DNA from: an uncultured delta proteobacterium | GTDB taxonomy: Bacteria; Myxococcota_A; Polyangia; Polyangiales; B10-G4 | Direction of reading: 5' to 3' | Length of the DNA stretch: 64,000 nt | Assembly: GCA_963727445.1 (NCBI GenBank) | Contig: CAVSGI010000008.1 | Coordinates: 64,001-128,000 of the forward strand | Part shown: positions 10,443 through 26,968 of the stretch, piece by piece | How the letters are laid out: every line of letters starts with the position of its first letter | How positions within the stretch are numbered: the stretch's first letter is position 1 | The notes under the pieces: model-generated | Told to the model about the DNA's origin: nothing | The model's database searches: none | Seen by the model: the letters and a program-made list of their open reading frames with translations, nothing else | Translations under genes and position numbers: made by a program

Positions 10443-11954
10443 TCATGCGGAGACCGGCACCAGCGCCGGGTCTATCGGCGCGCCCATCAGCAAGCGCGCG
10501 GCCTCCCGCGCCTCGGCGGCCGGCACGTTGGGGATCGCGATGCGCGCCCCACCGCCGACGATCGCGAGCAGGGTGGCCACGCCGTGATAGCGATCGAAGG
10601 GCGACTCGACGACCGTCAGCGCCTCGAGCCTGGAGCGCGGCGCGTAGATCTCCTCGCGACGGAACACGCCGCGCCGCACCGCGAGCCCCGCAGCCGGGTC
10701 GACGCTCCAGCGAAGCGTGCGCAAGGTCGCGAAGCCCCACACGAGCCCGAGGAGGAACGCCGGGACCACGACCGCGAAGGCCCACGGTCCGGCGACCGAG
10801 TAGAGCGCCAGCGCGCCGAGCACACCGGCGATGGCGAAGCGGGTTCCGCTGCGCCGGACGATACGGGGCGACGTTTCGCGAAACACGTAGCGGCGCGCGT
10901 CGGCTGCGGGCAGGACGCGGGGCAGCAGTGTGATGGCTGCGCCGTGCGGAGCGAGGGGGACGAAGACGTCGGTCCCCTGCGCTTCGGCTGTCTTTGCCTG
11001 CGCGCCGGCACCCATGTCGTCGGTTCGAATCGTGGCGTAGCCGAGAAGACGACGAAGGAGCGTCTGCTCGAGGCGGACGGCTTGGATGCGCCGGCGGGGC
11101 AGCGCGTGAATGCGGCGCGTGAACAGGCCGTAGCTGCGGGTGAAGACCCCGTCTTCCTCGCGGAGCGCGAACCCGTAGAACCGAACCACGTTCAGGATGG
11201 CGGAGCCGATCCAGCCGACGATCACCAAGAGCGCGACGACGGTCGCGACGAAGAGGGCGATGGCGGTGAACCCGCGGCCGATGATCGGGGAAAGCGTGCG
11301 CTGGCCGAGCTCCCAGACGCGCACGAAGAAGGACACGTCGTCGTCGGGGATCACCTGCGCGAAGAAGCCGAGGATACCGGCGAGGATCAGGCCCGCGCGA
11401 TTGTCGGTGAGGCCGCGGACGACGAGCGGAACGACGCCCACCTCGAGGATGGGTGGTGCGAGGGCATCGTCGCCGGCCTCAGGGCGGGGTGCGCGGCCCG
11501 AGAGCGAGCGGAGCGCTCTTTCGAGCGCTTCGCCCTGCGCTCGGGTGATCGCATCGAGCTTCGCTTCGGCGCCTTCGGTGCCGCTTGTCTGCACAGCCAC
11601 GACGACCACTCCGAGGAGGCGGTGGAAGGGGCCCGCTTCGAAGCTCAGGTCCTGAACGCGCGAGATGGGGATGCGACGTTGCTGGCGACGGATGAAGCCG
11701 CTGTCGATCGCGAGCTCGGTCGCGGTGAGCCGATAGCGGTAGCGGAGCCAGTGAACGACCGGGCCGACGAGCGAGAGGGCGCCAGCGATCGCGAGGGAGA
11801 CCACGCCCGCGATGAAACCGGCCGCCGATTCGGCGGTCACGGTCTGGTAGGCGAAGACGAGGAGCCACAGCGCGGTGCGCCGGAGCGCAGCGAGGAACGC
11901 GAGGACGATCGACGCCGGATGCAGGCGTCCCTCGAGGATGACCTCAGGGCTCAC
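10443..11954 (-). CDS. YdbT-like membrane protein with bacterial PH (bPH_2) domains
   Basis: RLHP start, TM pairs, and repeated IP..RVQ...GP..RLLG motifs. Confidence 0.85.
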   Translation of the reverse strand: MSPEVILEGRLHPASIVLAFLAALRRTALWLLVFAYQTVTAESAAGFIAGVVSLAIAGALSLVGPVVHWLRYRYRLTATELAIDSGFIRRQQRRIPISRVQDLSFEAGPFHRLLGVVVVAVQTSGTEGAEAKLDAITRAQGEALERALRSLSGRAPRPEAGDDALAPPILEVGVVPLVVRGLTDNRAGLILAGILGFFAQVIPDDDVSFFVRVWELGQRTLSPIIGRGFTAIALFVATVVALLVIVGWIGSAILNVVRFYGFALREEDGVFTRSYGLFTRRIHALPRRRIQAVRLEQTLLRRLLGYATIRTDDMGAGAQAKTAEAQGTDVFVPLAPHGAAITLLPRVLPAADARRYVFRETSPRIVRRSGTRFAIAGVLGALALYSVAGPWAFAVVVPAFLLGLVWGFATLRTLRWSVDPAAGLAVRRGVFRREEIYAPRSRLEALTVVESPFDRYHGVATLLAIVGGGARIAIPNVPAAEAREAARLLMGAPIDPALVPVSA

Positions 11955-12438
11955 CCGGCTCTCTCTCCGTGCGCGCGAGGAGGCTGGCGCGTATCGATTC
12001 TGCGCGCTCGGGGCTCAAGCCGGGAATGCGAAAGGTCGCGGCGCGCCCGCCGGCGGTGAACACCGCGAGGCTCGCGAGGCCGAAGAGTCGTTCGAAAGGG
12101 CCGCGATCGACGTCGAGGTGCTGCAGGCGACCGATGGGGATCGTCTTTTCGCGATGCACGAGAACGCCGTGAACGATCCGCAGGTGATGGTCGCCGATCT
12201 CGAAGGCGAGTCGCCGGTAGCGCAGATGTGTGGTGAGGAGGATCCACAGGATGCGCAGCACCCCGAGGCCCGACGCGACGGAGATGATCGCGATCCCGAT
12301 CGCGCGCCCGTCGCTGGCGACGAAGAAGAGGCCCTGCAGAGCGATGATGCCGAAGAGGATCGCGGCGCCGAAGATGCCGGAAATCCGCCAATAAGTGACG
12401 ACGCGCCGCTCCGCTTTCTCCATCATTTCGTCGGACAT
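11944..12438 (-). CDS. YdbS-like bPH_2 membrane protein
   Basis: Two TM helices then IPIGRLQHLDVDRGPFERLFGLASL; overlaps the YdbT-like gene. Start ATG 12438 inferred. Confidence 0.85.
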   Translation of the reverse strand: MSDEMMEKAERRVVTYWRISGIFGAAILFGIIALQGLFFVASDGRAIGIAIISVASGLGVLRILWILLTTHLRYRRLAFEIGDHHLRIVHGVLVHREKTIPIGRLQHLDVDRGPFERLFGLASLAVFTAGGRAATFRIPGLSPERAESIRASLLARTEREPGEP

Positions 12439-12529
12439 CGGCCGACGCAGTGTCTCACGTTTCCATACGTCTTGACCGGCCCGGCCCATGTGCGACCCTT
12501 GGCCTTCTCCGGAGTGTGGAGGCTCGTGT

Positions 12530-13490
12530 GATGGAGGGCGGTAAAGAGGGCGGAGGTTTCGTCCGAAACCTCGGGGTGTGGCTCGTCGGAGCCGCCCTCG
12601 TCGGTTCCGCGTCCGGCCTCGTCGCCGGCCATGTGGACGCCGAAGACGCACGACAAACGGCGCAGCGCGAGAGCGGTGACGTCGCCCCCGCCGAGGAGTC
12701 GTGCAACGACGCGATCCCCGACGAGGTGATCGAAGCGATCGAAGAGATCGAGCGACGCGAAGCGGCGGACCGGACGGCGGCGGAAGAAGAGGCGCCGGAG
12801 GCGACGCCCCTGCCGCAGGACTACATCGCCGACTCCACCACCGACGTGATCCGCACGCCGGTCCCCGAGGCCTGGCTCCCGCGAGGACGCCGCTGCATGC
12901 GCCGGCGTGGTCGCTTCGTCTGTGACGGCCCGCGCCGCGTCCCCGAGCCACATGGTGCAGCGGCCGCGCTCGCCGAACGCCTCGGCATCGGCACGCGACG
13001 GATGGCATCGAAGATCCTCCTCGAGGCGCCGGATCCCGCGTGGGTCGCGGCGGTCGAGGGCCACGAGGATCGAAGCCTTCTCTGGCCGGTCCCGGAGGGT
13101 CGGCTGTGGCGCGGCTTCGGCTACGTCCGCCGGGGTCGACAGCGCCGGCGGATCCACAAGGGACTCGATATCGGGGCCCCGCAAGGGAGTCTGATCCGTT
13201 CGGTGAACGACGGCCTGGTCATCTACGCCGACAACGAGGTCCACGGCTACGGCAACCTCATGATGGTGCTCCACGCCGACGGCAGCGTCGCCTTCTATGC
13301 CCACGCCCGCCGCCTCTACCTCTTCGCCGGCCAGCGCATCCGACGCGGCCAGGTCCTCGGCGAGGTCGGTCACACCGGCATCGCCCAGGGCGACCACCTC
13401 CACTTCGAGCTCCACGTCCGCGGCCGCCCGCGCAATCCCCTGCGGAGGATGGTCGGCCGGGGCGACGTCGTGCAGGGCGACGCGAGCTAG
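12530..13490 (+). CDS. M23 family metallopeptidase
   Basis: Zinc motifs HKGLD (HxxxD), YAH and HLHFE; N-terminal hydrophobic segment. Start uncertain. Confidence 0.88.
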
Positions 13491-13621
13491 TGGAAAAGCG
13501 GCGCCTGTGCCGCGCCTGAAGCGAGTCCCCGTCGCGAGCGAGTTCAGAAGCGCGCCGCGCCGCGCATTCCCGGGTCATCGCATCCGATGAGTGGGCCGGC
13601 GCGTAGGCTGGGCGGCCGCGC

Positions 13622-13782
13622 ATCGGCTGCATGTGGTGGTGGGGAACGCCGCGGGCATTGGCTTTGGCTGAAGGGGCGGGGTGGGTGCCGTTCGGGGAGC
13701 GGAGGGTGTCGCGGAAGCGGATTGGGGGTGCCGCCGTGGGACGGGGGGGCGTGGGTACCGCTGCGAATGCGGCTCGGGCCGT
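13622..13782. repeat. Left arm of 161-bp inverted repeat
   Basis: Reverse complement of 14993..15153 with two mismatches found by manual alignment. Confidence 0.92.
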
Positions 13783-13947
13783 TGACGACGGTGGGATGGG
13801 GAGTGGCGGCTCGGGCCGCGGCGCCTGCGGCGCCTCTGTGGTCGCCGCTTCGCGGCGAGGGCGCTGCCGCGGATGAGTAGGTAAGCGAAGGCTGCGCAGG
13901 CCGCGCGGCCCGTCGGTTCTTCAGGGTCACCGACTCGCCCCGGGGCG

Positions 13948-14132
13948 AGACGGACCGCTCGTCCGAGGCGACCCTTCGCCGACCACGTTCTGTCCCGCCA
14001 GACGGACCGCTCGTGCGAGGCGACCCGTCGCCGACCACGTTCTGTTCCGTCCAGACGGACCGCTCGTGCGAGGCGACCCGTCGCCGACCACGTTCTGTTC
14101 CGTCCAGACGGACCGCTCGTGCGAGGCGACCC
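13948..14132. repeat. Tandem array A, 3.5 copies of a 52-53 bp unit
   Basis: Units begin AGACGGACCGCTCG at 13948, 14000, 14053 and 14106. Confidence 0.93.
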
Positions 14133-14876
14133 GCGACGTCACGACTTGTGACCGCGGGACGGTCGCAACCGCCGGCGTCGTCCGCGACGTCACGACTTGT
14201 GACCGCAGGGCGGTCACAACTGCCGGCGTCGTCCGCAACGTCACGACTTGTGACCGCATCGCGGTCACAACCGCCGGCGTCATCCGCAACGTCACGACTC
14301 GTGACCGCAGGGCGGTCACAACTGCCGGCGTCGTCCGCAACGTCACGACTTGTGACCGCGGAGCGGTCACAACCGCCGGCTTCGTCCGCGCCATCACGAC
14401 TTGTGACCGCAGGGCGGTCACAACCGCCGGCGTCGTCCGCGACGTCACGACTTGTGACCGCGGGGCGGTCACAACCCCGGCGTCGTCCGCGACATCACGA
14501 CTTGTGACCGCTGGGCGGTCACAACCGCCGGCGTCGTCCGCAACGTCACGACTTGTGACCGCATCGCGGTCACAACCGCCGGCGTCGTCCGCAACATCAC
14601 GACTTGTGACCGCATCGCGGTCACAACCGCCGGCGTCGTCCGCAACATCACGACTTGTGACCGCATCGCGGTCACAACCGCCGGCGTCGTCCGCAACATC
14701 ACGACTTGTGACCGCATCGCGGTCACAACCGCCGGCGTCGTCCGCGACGTCACGACTTGTGACCGCGGGGCGGTCACAACCCCGGCGTCGTCCGCGACAT
14801 CACGACTCGTGACCGCAGGGCGGTCACAACTGCCGGCGTCGTCCGCAACGTCACGACTTGTGACCGCATCGCGGTC
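14131..14876. repeat. Tandem array B, 14 full plus 1 partial copies of a 51-bp hairpin unit
   Basis: Consensus CCGCRACRTCACGACTTGTGACCGC-NNN-GCGGTCACAACYGCCGGCGTCGT; two units (14437, 14742) are 50 bp. Confidence 0.96.
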
Positions 14877-14992
14877 GCTCGAGCGCTCGAGCCGAGCCCA
14901 GCGCGCCCAAGGCGCGTCCGGCGCCCTGCGCCGGACAGAGGCCGCGAAGCGGCCGCGGCAAACCCACGCCTCCACCCGCAGCGCCGCCACCC

Positions 14993-15153
14993 ACGGCCCG
15001 AGCCGCATTCGCAGCGGTACCCACGCCCCCCCGTCCCACGGCGGCGCCCCCGATCCGCTTCCGCGACACCCTCCGCTCCCCGAACGGCACCCACCCCGCC
15101 CCTTCAGCCAAAGCCAATGCCCGCGGCGTTCCCCACCACCACATGCAGCCGAT
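14993..15153. repeat. Right arm of 161-bp inverted repeat
   Basis: Reverse complement of 13622..13782. Confidence 0.92.
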
Positions 15154-15548
15154 CCGCGCCCTCGACACCTTCCGCTCCCCCAACAGCACCCCCCCCGCCC
15201 CTTCAGCCAAAGCCGGTGTCCGCGGCGTTCCCCCCCCACCCCGAGGCGGCGCCTTCACGCCGCTGCCAGATCGCCGAGGGCGAAGGAAGGCGCCCCTGAC
15301 CCACCTCACCACGCATCCCCACCCCGCCCCCGCTCTCCCGCCCCGACGACCCCCACTCGGAGGCCAGGGCATCCCCTCCGTAAACACCGGTTCACACCCT
15401 CAGCTGTAACCGCGCCTTGGGGATCTTGGATTTCGGCCCGGGTATCGACGAAGATCCTTTGGCTTTATCGGCCGTCAGCAGCTCTCACGGTCCTGGCACG
15501 CACATCGCATTGTCGGGGATCGTGGATTTTCCCGTACCGAGGACTCCG

Positions 15549-16505
15549 ATGACGACGCTTCGAGGCTTTCTGCTCGCACTCCCCTTCGCCGTCCTTCTGG
15601 CCGGCTGCCCGGTCTACACGGGCGACGGTGGTCCGGTCCGCACCGATTCCGGCACGCGACCCTGCGTGGGGGCCGGCTGCATCTGCGACACGATGCTGGA
15701 CTGCGACCCCGGCCTCGTGTGCGAGGGCGGCCTTTGCACCACGCCGGCCACGCCCACCGACTGCCGCACCCACGGCGACTGCGCGGTTGGTGATTACTGC
15801 GACGACACCCGCACCTGCACCGGCAGCTCGACCTGCACGGTCGACTCGGATTGCGCTGGCGGCTTCATCTGCGACTTCCGCGGCACCTGCGTGCCCCAGG
15901 TCCCCGGCGCCTGCCGCGACGACGCGGACTGCGACTCCGGCACCGTCTGCGTCGAAGGCTACTGCCGCGACACCACCCAGACCTGTCAGTTCAACTACGA
16001 GTGCGCCGGCACCAGCGCCTCCGCCTGCTTGAACAACGGCTGCACCGCCATCTGCACCGCCGACTCCGACTGCGCGGGCGGGCAATCCTGTCAGGGTGGC
16101 TTCTGCCGCACGGACTCCGAATGCTCCTCCACCAGCGACTGCGCCTTCGGCTCGCACTGCGTGGACCAGCGCTGCCTCGTGGACTGCGAGAGCGACTCGG
16201 GCGCCTGCGCCGCCGACGAGTACTGCGCGGAGGACGGCTTCTGCCGCCCGGCCTGGCAGCCCGAGCCCTTCTGCACCACCGACGCCCAGTGCGCCGCCAG
16301 CTCGGTCTGCGTCGACGGCGTCTGCCGCACGCCCTGCCCCACCGGGACCGACGACGAGTGCCGCCGCTTCGACGTGCAGCTCCCGGTCTGTGCCTCCGAC
16401 ATGCTCTGCTACTCGACCAACGAGACCTCGCCCGAGTGCGCGACCAGCGCCGACTGCGGGGCGAGCCGCAGCTGCATCGACGGCATCTGCCGCAACGACG
16501 CATAA
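15549..16505 (+). CDS. Cys-rich repeat lipoprotein
   Basis: MTTLRGFLLALPFAVLLAGC lipobox; many CxxDxDCxxGxxCxxGxC repeats. Confidence 0.85.
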   Translation: MTTLRGFLLALPFAVLLAGCPVYTGDGGPVRTDSGTRPCVGAGCICDTMLDCDPGLVCEGGLCTTPATPTDCRTHGDCAVGDYCDDTRTCTGSSTCTVDSDCAGGFICDFRGTCVPQVPGACRDDADCDSGTVCVEGYCRDTTQTCQFNYECAGTSASACLNNGCTAICTADSDCAGGQSCQGGFCRTDSECSSTSDCAFGSHCVDQRCLVDCESDSGACAADEYCAEDGFCRPAWQPEPFCTTDAQCAASSVCVDGVCRTPCPTGTDDECRRFDVQLPVCASDMLCYSTNETSPECATSADCGASRSCIDGICRNDA

Positions 16506-16553
16506 GTAAGCCCTCTCACCTTCGCCGAAAGGCGACGATTGAGGAGGGGGGAT

Positions 16554-16592
16554 GACGGGGAACCGGCTGGCGTCGGTTCCCCGTCCTTTTTT
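16554..16592 (+). terminator. Rho-independent terminator
   Basis: 12-bp stem GACGGGGAACCG/CGGTTCCCCGTC followed by CTTTTTT, about 50 bp after the stop at 16505. Confidence 0.8.
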
Positions 16593-16655
16593 GTGCATAC
16601 GGGGGAAATTCCCGACAGTTTCGGGCGTGCGGACGGGTGTAGTCTCGGGGCGATC

Positions 16656-21966
<5,311 letters not shown>

Positions 21967-22039
21967 GCGGGAAACCGGAGCCGCACTGCCAGCTCGGGCC
22001 CGCTTCGCTCTGGGCCGCTACGCGCGCCCGAGCTTTGTT

Positions 22040-23533
<1,494 letters not shown>

Positions 23534-23549
23534 GACGGCGCGGTGTCCC

Positions 23550-24531
23550 TCAGGACTCCGAAGAGGCGTCGTCCGCGGTCTCGGCCTCGCCCTCGCCGTC
23601 ACCCCCGCCCTCGGGCGGAGGCTCGGTGAGCTCGATGCGCGACTCGAAGATCTCCCCCGCGGCGATGGTGAAGTGATTGCGACCGCCGAAGGGCTCGCTC
23701 ACCCGCGGATCCATGTACTCCCAATTCGCGATCAGATGGCCCTGCTCGCCCGCGGGCTCGACGTCGTCGAGCTTGAACGCCAGCCACTCCACGCCGCGGA
23801 ACGTCTCCTCGTAGTAGGCGCGGATCGCGCTCCGGCCGTCGTGGCGCGACGCGCCTCCGGTGCGGGTCACGTGGAAGGGCTCCACCAGCGAGCCGCTCTC
23901 TGCGAAGAGGCCGGCCACGCGCGCCGCGTCGCGCCGGTTGAAGTGCGCGGCGTAGCGGCGAACAATCTGGTCGCCCTCGAGCATCGCCGGCGCCATCGGC
24001 GCGTACACCATGCGGACCTCGAGACCGTTGCACCACACGAAGGAGCGCTGCACCAGCACCTCGAGGAGGTCGCCGTTCTTGCGCACCTCGCCGACGCGCT
24101 CCTGCTCCATGGAGCCGGTGCACTCCTCCGTCGGCGGCTGCGCGATGCGCACCTCTTCGACCATCCCGAACTGCCGGCCGCCCTCCATCGGACGCGCGCG
24201 CTGAACCACGGTCTGGGTGCAGCCCTCGGTCTCGAAGGTTTGATCGTAGGTGAGCAACAGGCCCTGGTTGTCGGATTCGATGCGAAGCTCCTGAGAGAAG
24301 CCCCGCGCGGCGAGATCCAGGGGCCCCTCGGTGCAGTGCGCCTCGAATCCAGTTCCATCGGGTGCCGCCGACTTCGGGGCCCACCGGAACGGTGCCAGCG
24401 GAGCTGAAGGCAGACTCCCCGCCCCCACCGATGGCCAAATCACCGGACTCGTCCGGCGTGGTCGAGGATTCGCCGCCACCACACGCCACGAGGGCGACGA
24501 GGGACATGATCGACAAGGCACGCGCCATCAT
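23550..24531 (-). CDS. Lipoprotein with C-terminal SnoaL/NTF2-like domain (frameshift near 24346)
   Basis: Lipobox LVAC in ORF 23599..24531; continues as WNWIEAHC into ORF 23550..24521 with VRRYAAHFNRRD...LFAE...GRSAIRAYY. Confidence 0.72.
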
Positions 24532-24616
24532 GGGCGGGAATCAAGCGGACGCGGAGGCCGGAGTCAAGTCGAAGGGAACGAAATTGCGTAGCTATTCGCC
24601 TTCATCGGCCGCGGCC

Positions 24617-25549
24617 TCAGAAGAAAATGGAGTCCCGGGCCTCGAGGCCCTGGTTGACCATGCCCTGAATCGTCGCTTTGACCGTCCAGACCATCTCCTC
24701 GATGACCGCGTCGTCATCGTCGGGGTCCCCCTCGAAATGCAGGGCCTCCCCGAAATGGAGACGGTAGCGCACGGGCAACGGGAAGGCGGCGCCGACGAGG
24801 AGCTGGGGGATCACCGGGAACGCGGGCATCCCGAAGATCTTCGCCAGGGTCTCCACGTTGGCCACCGAGGGGAGCTGCTCCTCGCCGCCGATCACGGCCA
24901 CCGGCACGATCGGGGTGTTCGTCTCGAGCGCCAGGCGCATGAAGCCGAGGCCGAAGTCGACGAGCTGGTAGCGCTTGTCGAAGGTCTTCGAGATCCCGCG
25001 CGAGCCCTCCGGGAAGACCACCAGCGTCTCCTCGTTCTCGAGGAGGCGTCGCGCGTTGTCGGGTGAGCCGACGACCTGACCGCAGCGCGGGAAGAAGACC
25101 GAGACGAAGGGCAGCGCCGCCGACCACTTCTCCACCATGCTCCGGGGAAAGCGCGGTGGCTCGGCGTCGAGCATCAGCGAGGTGCCGATGATCAGACCGT
25201 CGACCGGGATCTGTCCCGAGTGGTTCGCGATCACCAGGCAGCGTCCCGCAGGAACGTGTCCGATCCCTTCGACCTCCGTGCGGAAGTACCAGCGATGCAA
25301 GAAGGCGCTGGCGGCGAGCGCGTAGCGCGCCGTGCCCGGATCGAAACCGAAGGGATCGAAGCCGGCCTCGTTCGGATGCATCTGGATGCGCGCGATCCGC
25401 GCGTCGAGATCCTCGCCGAGGACGTCCTCGGCGAAGTGAACCATGCGGTCACCGACGGCGCTCCACACGCCGTGGGAGACGTCGGCGGGTTCGCGCCGGC
25501 TCATTCCCCAGCCGGCGAAGGGGACGATGGGTCGCTTGTCGTCGTCCAT
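24617..25549 (-). CDS. Lysophospholipid/glycerol acyltransferase family protein
   Basis: NHSGQIPVD (HX-D block I), VFPEG, GFMRLAL and PIVPVAVIGGEE. Confidence 0.9.
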   Translation of the reverse strand: MDDDKRPIVPFAGWGMSRREPADVSHGVWSAVGDRMVHFAEDVLGEDLDARIARIQMHPNEAGFDPFGFDPGTARYALAASAFLHRWYFRTEVEGIGHVPAGRCLVIANHSGQIPVDGLIIGTSLMLDAEPPRFPRSMVEKWSAALPFVSVFFPRCGQVVGSPDNARRLLENEETLVVFPEGSRGISKTFDKRYQLVDFGLGFMRLALETNTPIVPVAVIGGEEQLPSVANVETLAKIFGMPAFPVIPQLLVGAAFPLPVRYRLHFGEALHFEGDPDDDDAVIEEMVWTVKATIQGMVNQGLEARDSIFF

Positions 25550-25633
25550 GAGCGGGGATGGGCATCGTACCGCCCCGGCCTCCGTTTTTTTGACCCCACG
25601 GGCAAAAACATGATGGGTGGGGGTAGGTAGGAC

Positions 25634-26887
25634 ATGGCACACATCCCCCGACACACCGTTCTCTTCGCTCTCGCTCTCATCCTCGTGGTCCTCGACCCCG
25701 CCGCCCCCGGCGTCCGGGCCGACGACGATTCGGTGGCTTCCGAGCAGCGAAACGCCGCCGTTCATCACGACTATCGGCGCTTCAGCGACGGCCCACGCCG
25801 CGTGCCCCGGCCCCGTGGAAACGCCAAAGAGCGGGCGGAGTCCCTCGGCCTCGGCACCCTGGCCGCCGGGCGCCGGCTCCTCGGCCGGACGCCGGAGCCG
25901 CGCTGGCTCGAGGCCGCGCCGGGCGCGGAAACCGAGCGCCTGCTCTGGCCGGTCGAGGGGGGCCGCTTCGGCCGCGGCTTCGGCTTCGTGCGCCGCACCC
26001 GCCCGGACCTGCGCCACGACGGCGTCGACGTCGGCGCCCCCGAGGGCGCGGTGGTGCGCGCCGTCGCCGACGGCATCGTCGGCTACTCCGACAACGGCAT
26101 CCGCGGCTTCGGCAACTGCGTGATGATCCTCCACGGCAACGGCTGGGTCAGCGTCTACGCCCACAACTATCGCAACACGGTCCAGGCCGGCTGGCGCGTG
26201 GAGCGCGGCGAGCGGATCGCCTTCGTCGGCGCCACCGGGATCGCGCGCGGGCCGCACCTGCATTTCGAGCTGCGTCGCAACGGTCGCCCCATGAACCCCC
26301 GCGGCCTCTTCGACGGGATGCCCGACCGCCACGATCCCCGCGCCACTCCTTCGGCCGCCGCCTTCGATGCGAGCGACCAAGCGCCCCCGCGCACCGTGAG
26401 CGCGGGCCGTCACGCCGCGCGCGCCTTCGAGACCGGCGCGCGGCGCACGGCGATCTCACTACTGAGGCGTCCGGCGCCCGCGGCCGTGGTCGCGGCTACC
26501 GAAGGGCGCGTCTTTCGCAATCTGCTGTGGCCCCTACGGGGTGGCGACGCCGACGACGCCGAGGCCAGGGGCCGGCGGCACCACCTCGAGCTCGGCGCAC
26601 AGACGGGCACCGCCGTCCGCGCCGCCGCCGATGGGATGGTGGTCTACGTGGGCGCCCTGCCCCACCGTCACAACGCGGTCGTCCTGTTGCACAAGAACGG
26701 CTGGGTCACGGTCTACGGCGGCGTGGGCGACGTGGCGGTCGAGGCGGGTGACAGCGTGCGCCGCGGTGAGTGGCTCGGCTTCGTCGCCGGCGCGCGAGGG
26801 CTCCGCTTCGAGCTCGTGGAAGGTGGGCGGGGCCGCGATCCACGGCCGCTTTTCGTCGGCGCGCCCACCGAGAGCGCGCCCGGCTGA
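25634..26887 (+). CDS. Secreted M23 peptidase with two M23-like domains (second degenerate)
   Basis: Signal peptide; domain 1 has HDGVD, YAH and HLHFE; domain 2 has LLWP...VRAAADG...LRFEL without the zinc ligands. Confidence 0.87.
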   Translation: MAHIPRHTVLFALALILVVLDPAAPGVRADDDSVASEQRNAAVHHDYRRFSDGPRRVPRPRGNAKERAESLGLGTLAAGRRLLGRTPEPRWLEAAPGAETERLLWPVEGGRFGRGFGFVRRTRPDLRHDGVDVGAPEGAVVRAVADGIVGYSDNGIRGFGNCVMILHGNGWVSVYAHNYRNTVQAGWRVERGERIAFVGATGIARGPHLHFELRRNGRPMNPRGLFDGMPDRHDPRATPSAAAFDASDQAPPRTVSAGRHAARAFETGARRTAISLLRRPAPAAVVAATEGRVFRNLLWPLRGGDADDAEARGRRHHLELGAQTGTAVRAAADGMVVYVGALPHRHNAVVLLHKNGWVTVYGGVGDVAVEAGDSVRRGEWLGFVAGARGLRFELVEGGRGRDPRPLFVGAPTESAPG

Positions 26888-26968
26888 AGCGCCCCGGCGC
26901 TTTTTCGCGCGCACCAAGGGTCCCTCGGCGCAGACAGCGGGCCCCGGTTCATGCTAGCCAAGAGGGCG

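Noticed and set aside
14131..14876. CRISPR array
   Set aside because: No unique spacers; units differ at only a few positions; no cas genes in the window.
14131..14876. Canonical CRP sites in array B
   Set aside because: TGTGA and TCACA are 11 bp apart rather than the required 6.
13544..15552. Repeat-protein ORFs over the arrays and inverted arms
   Set aside because: Open in several frames on both strands because the units lack stops; the 50-bp units break frame; no RBS or domain evidence.
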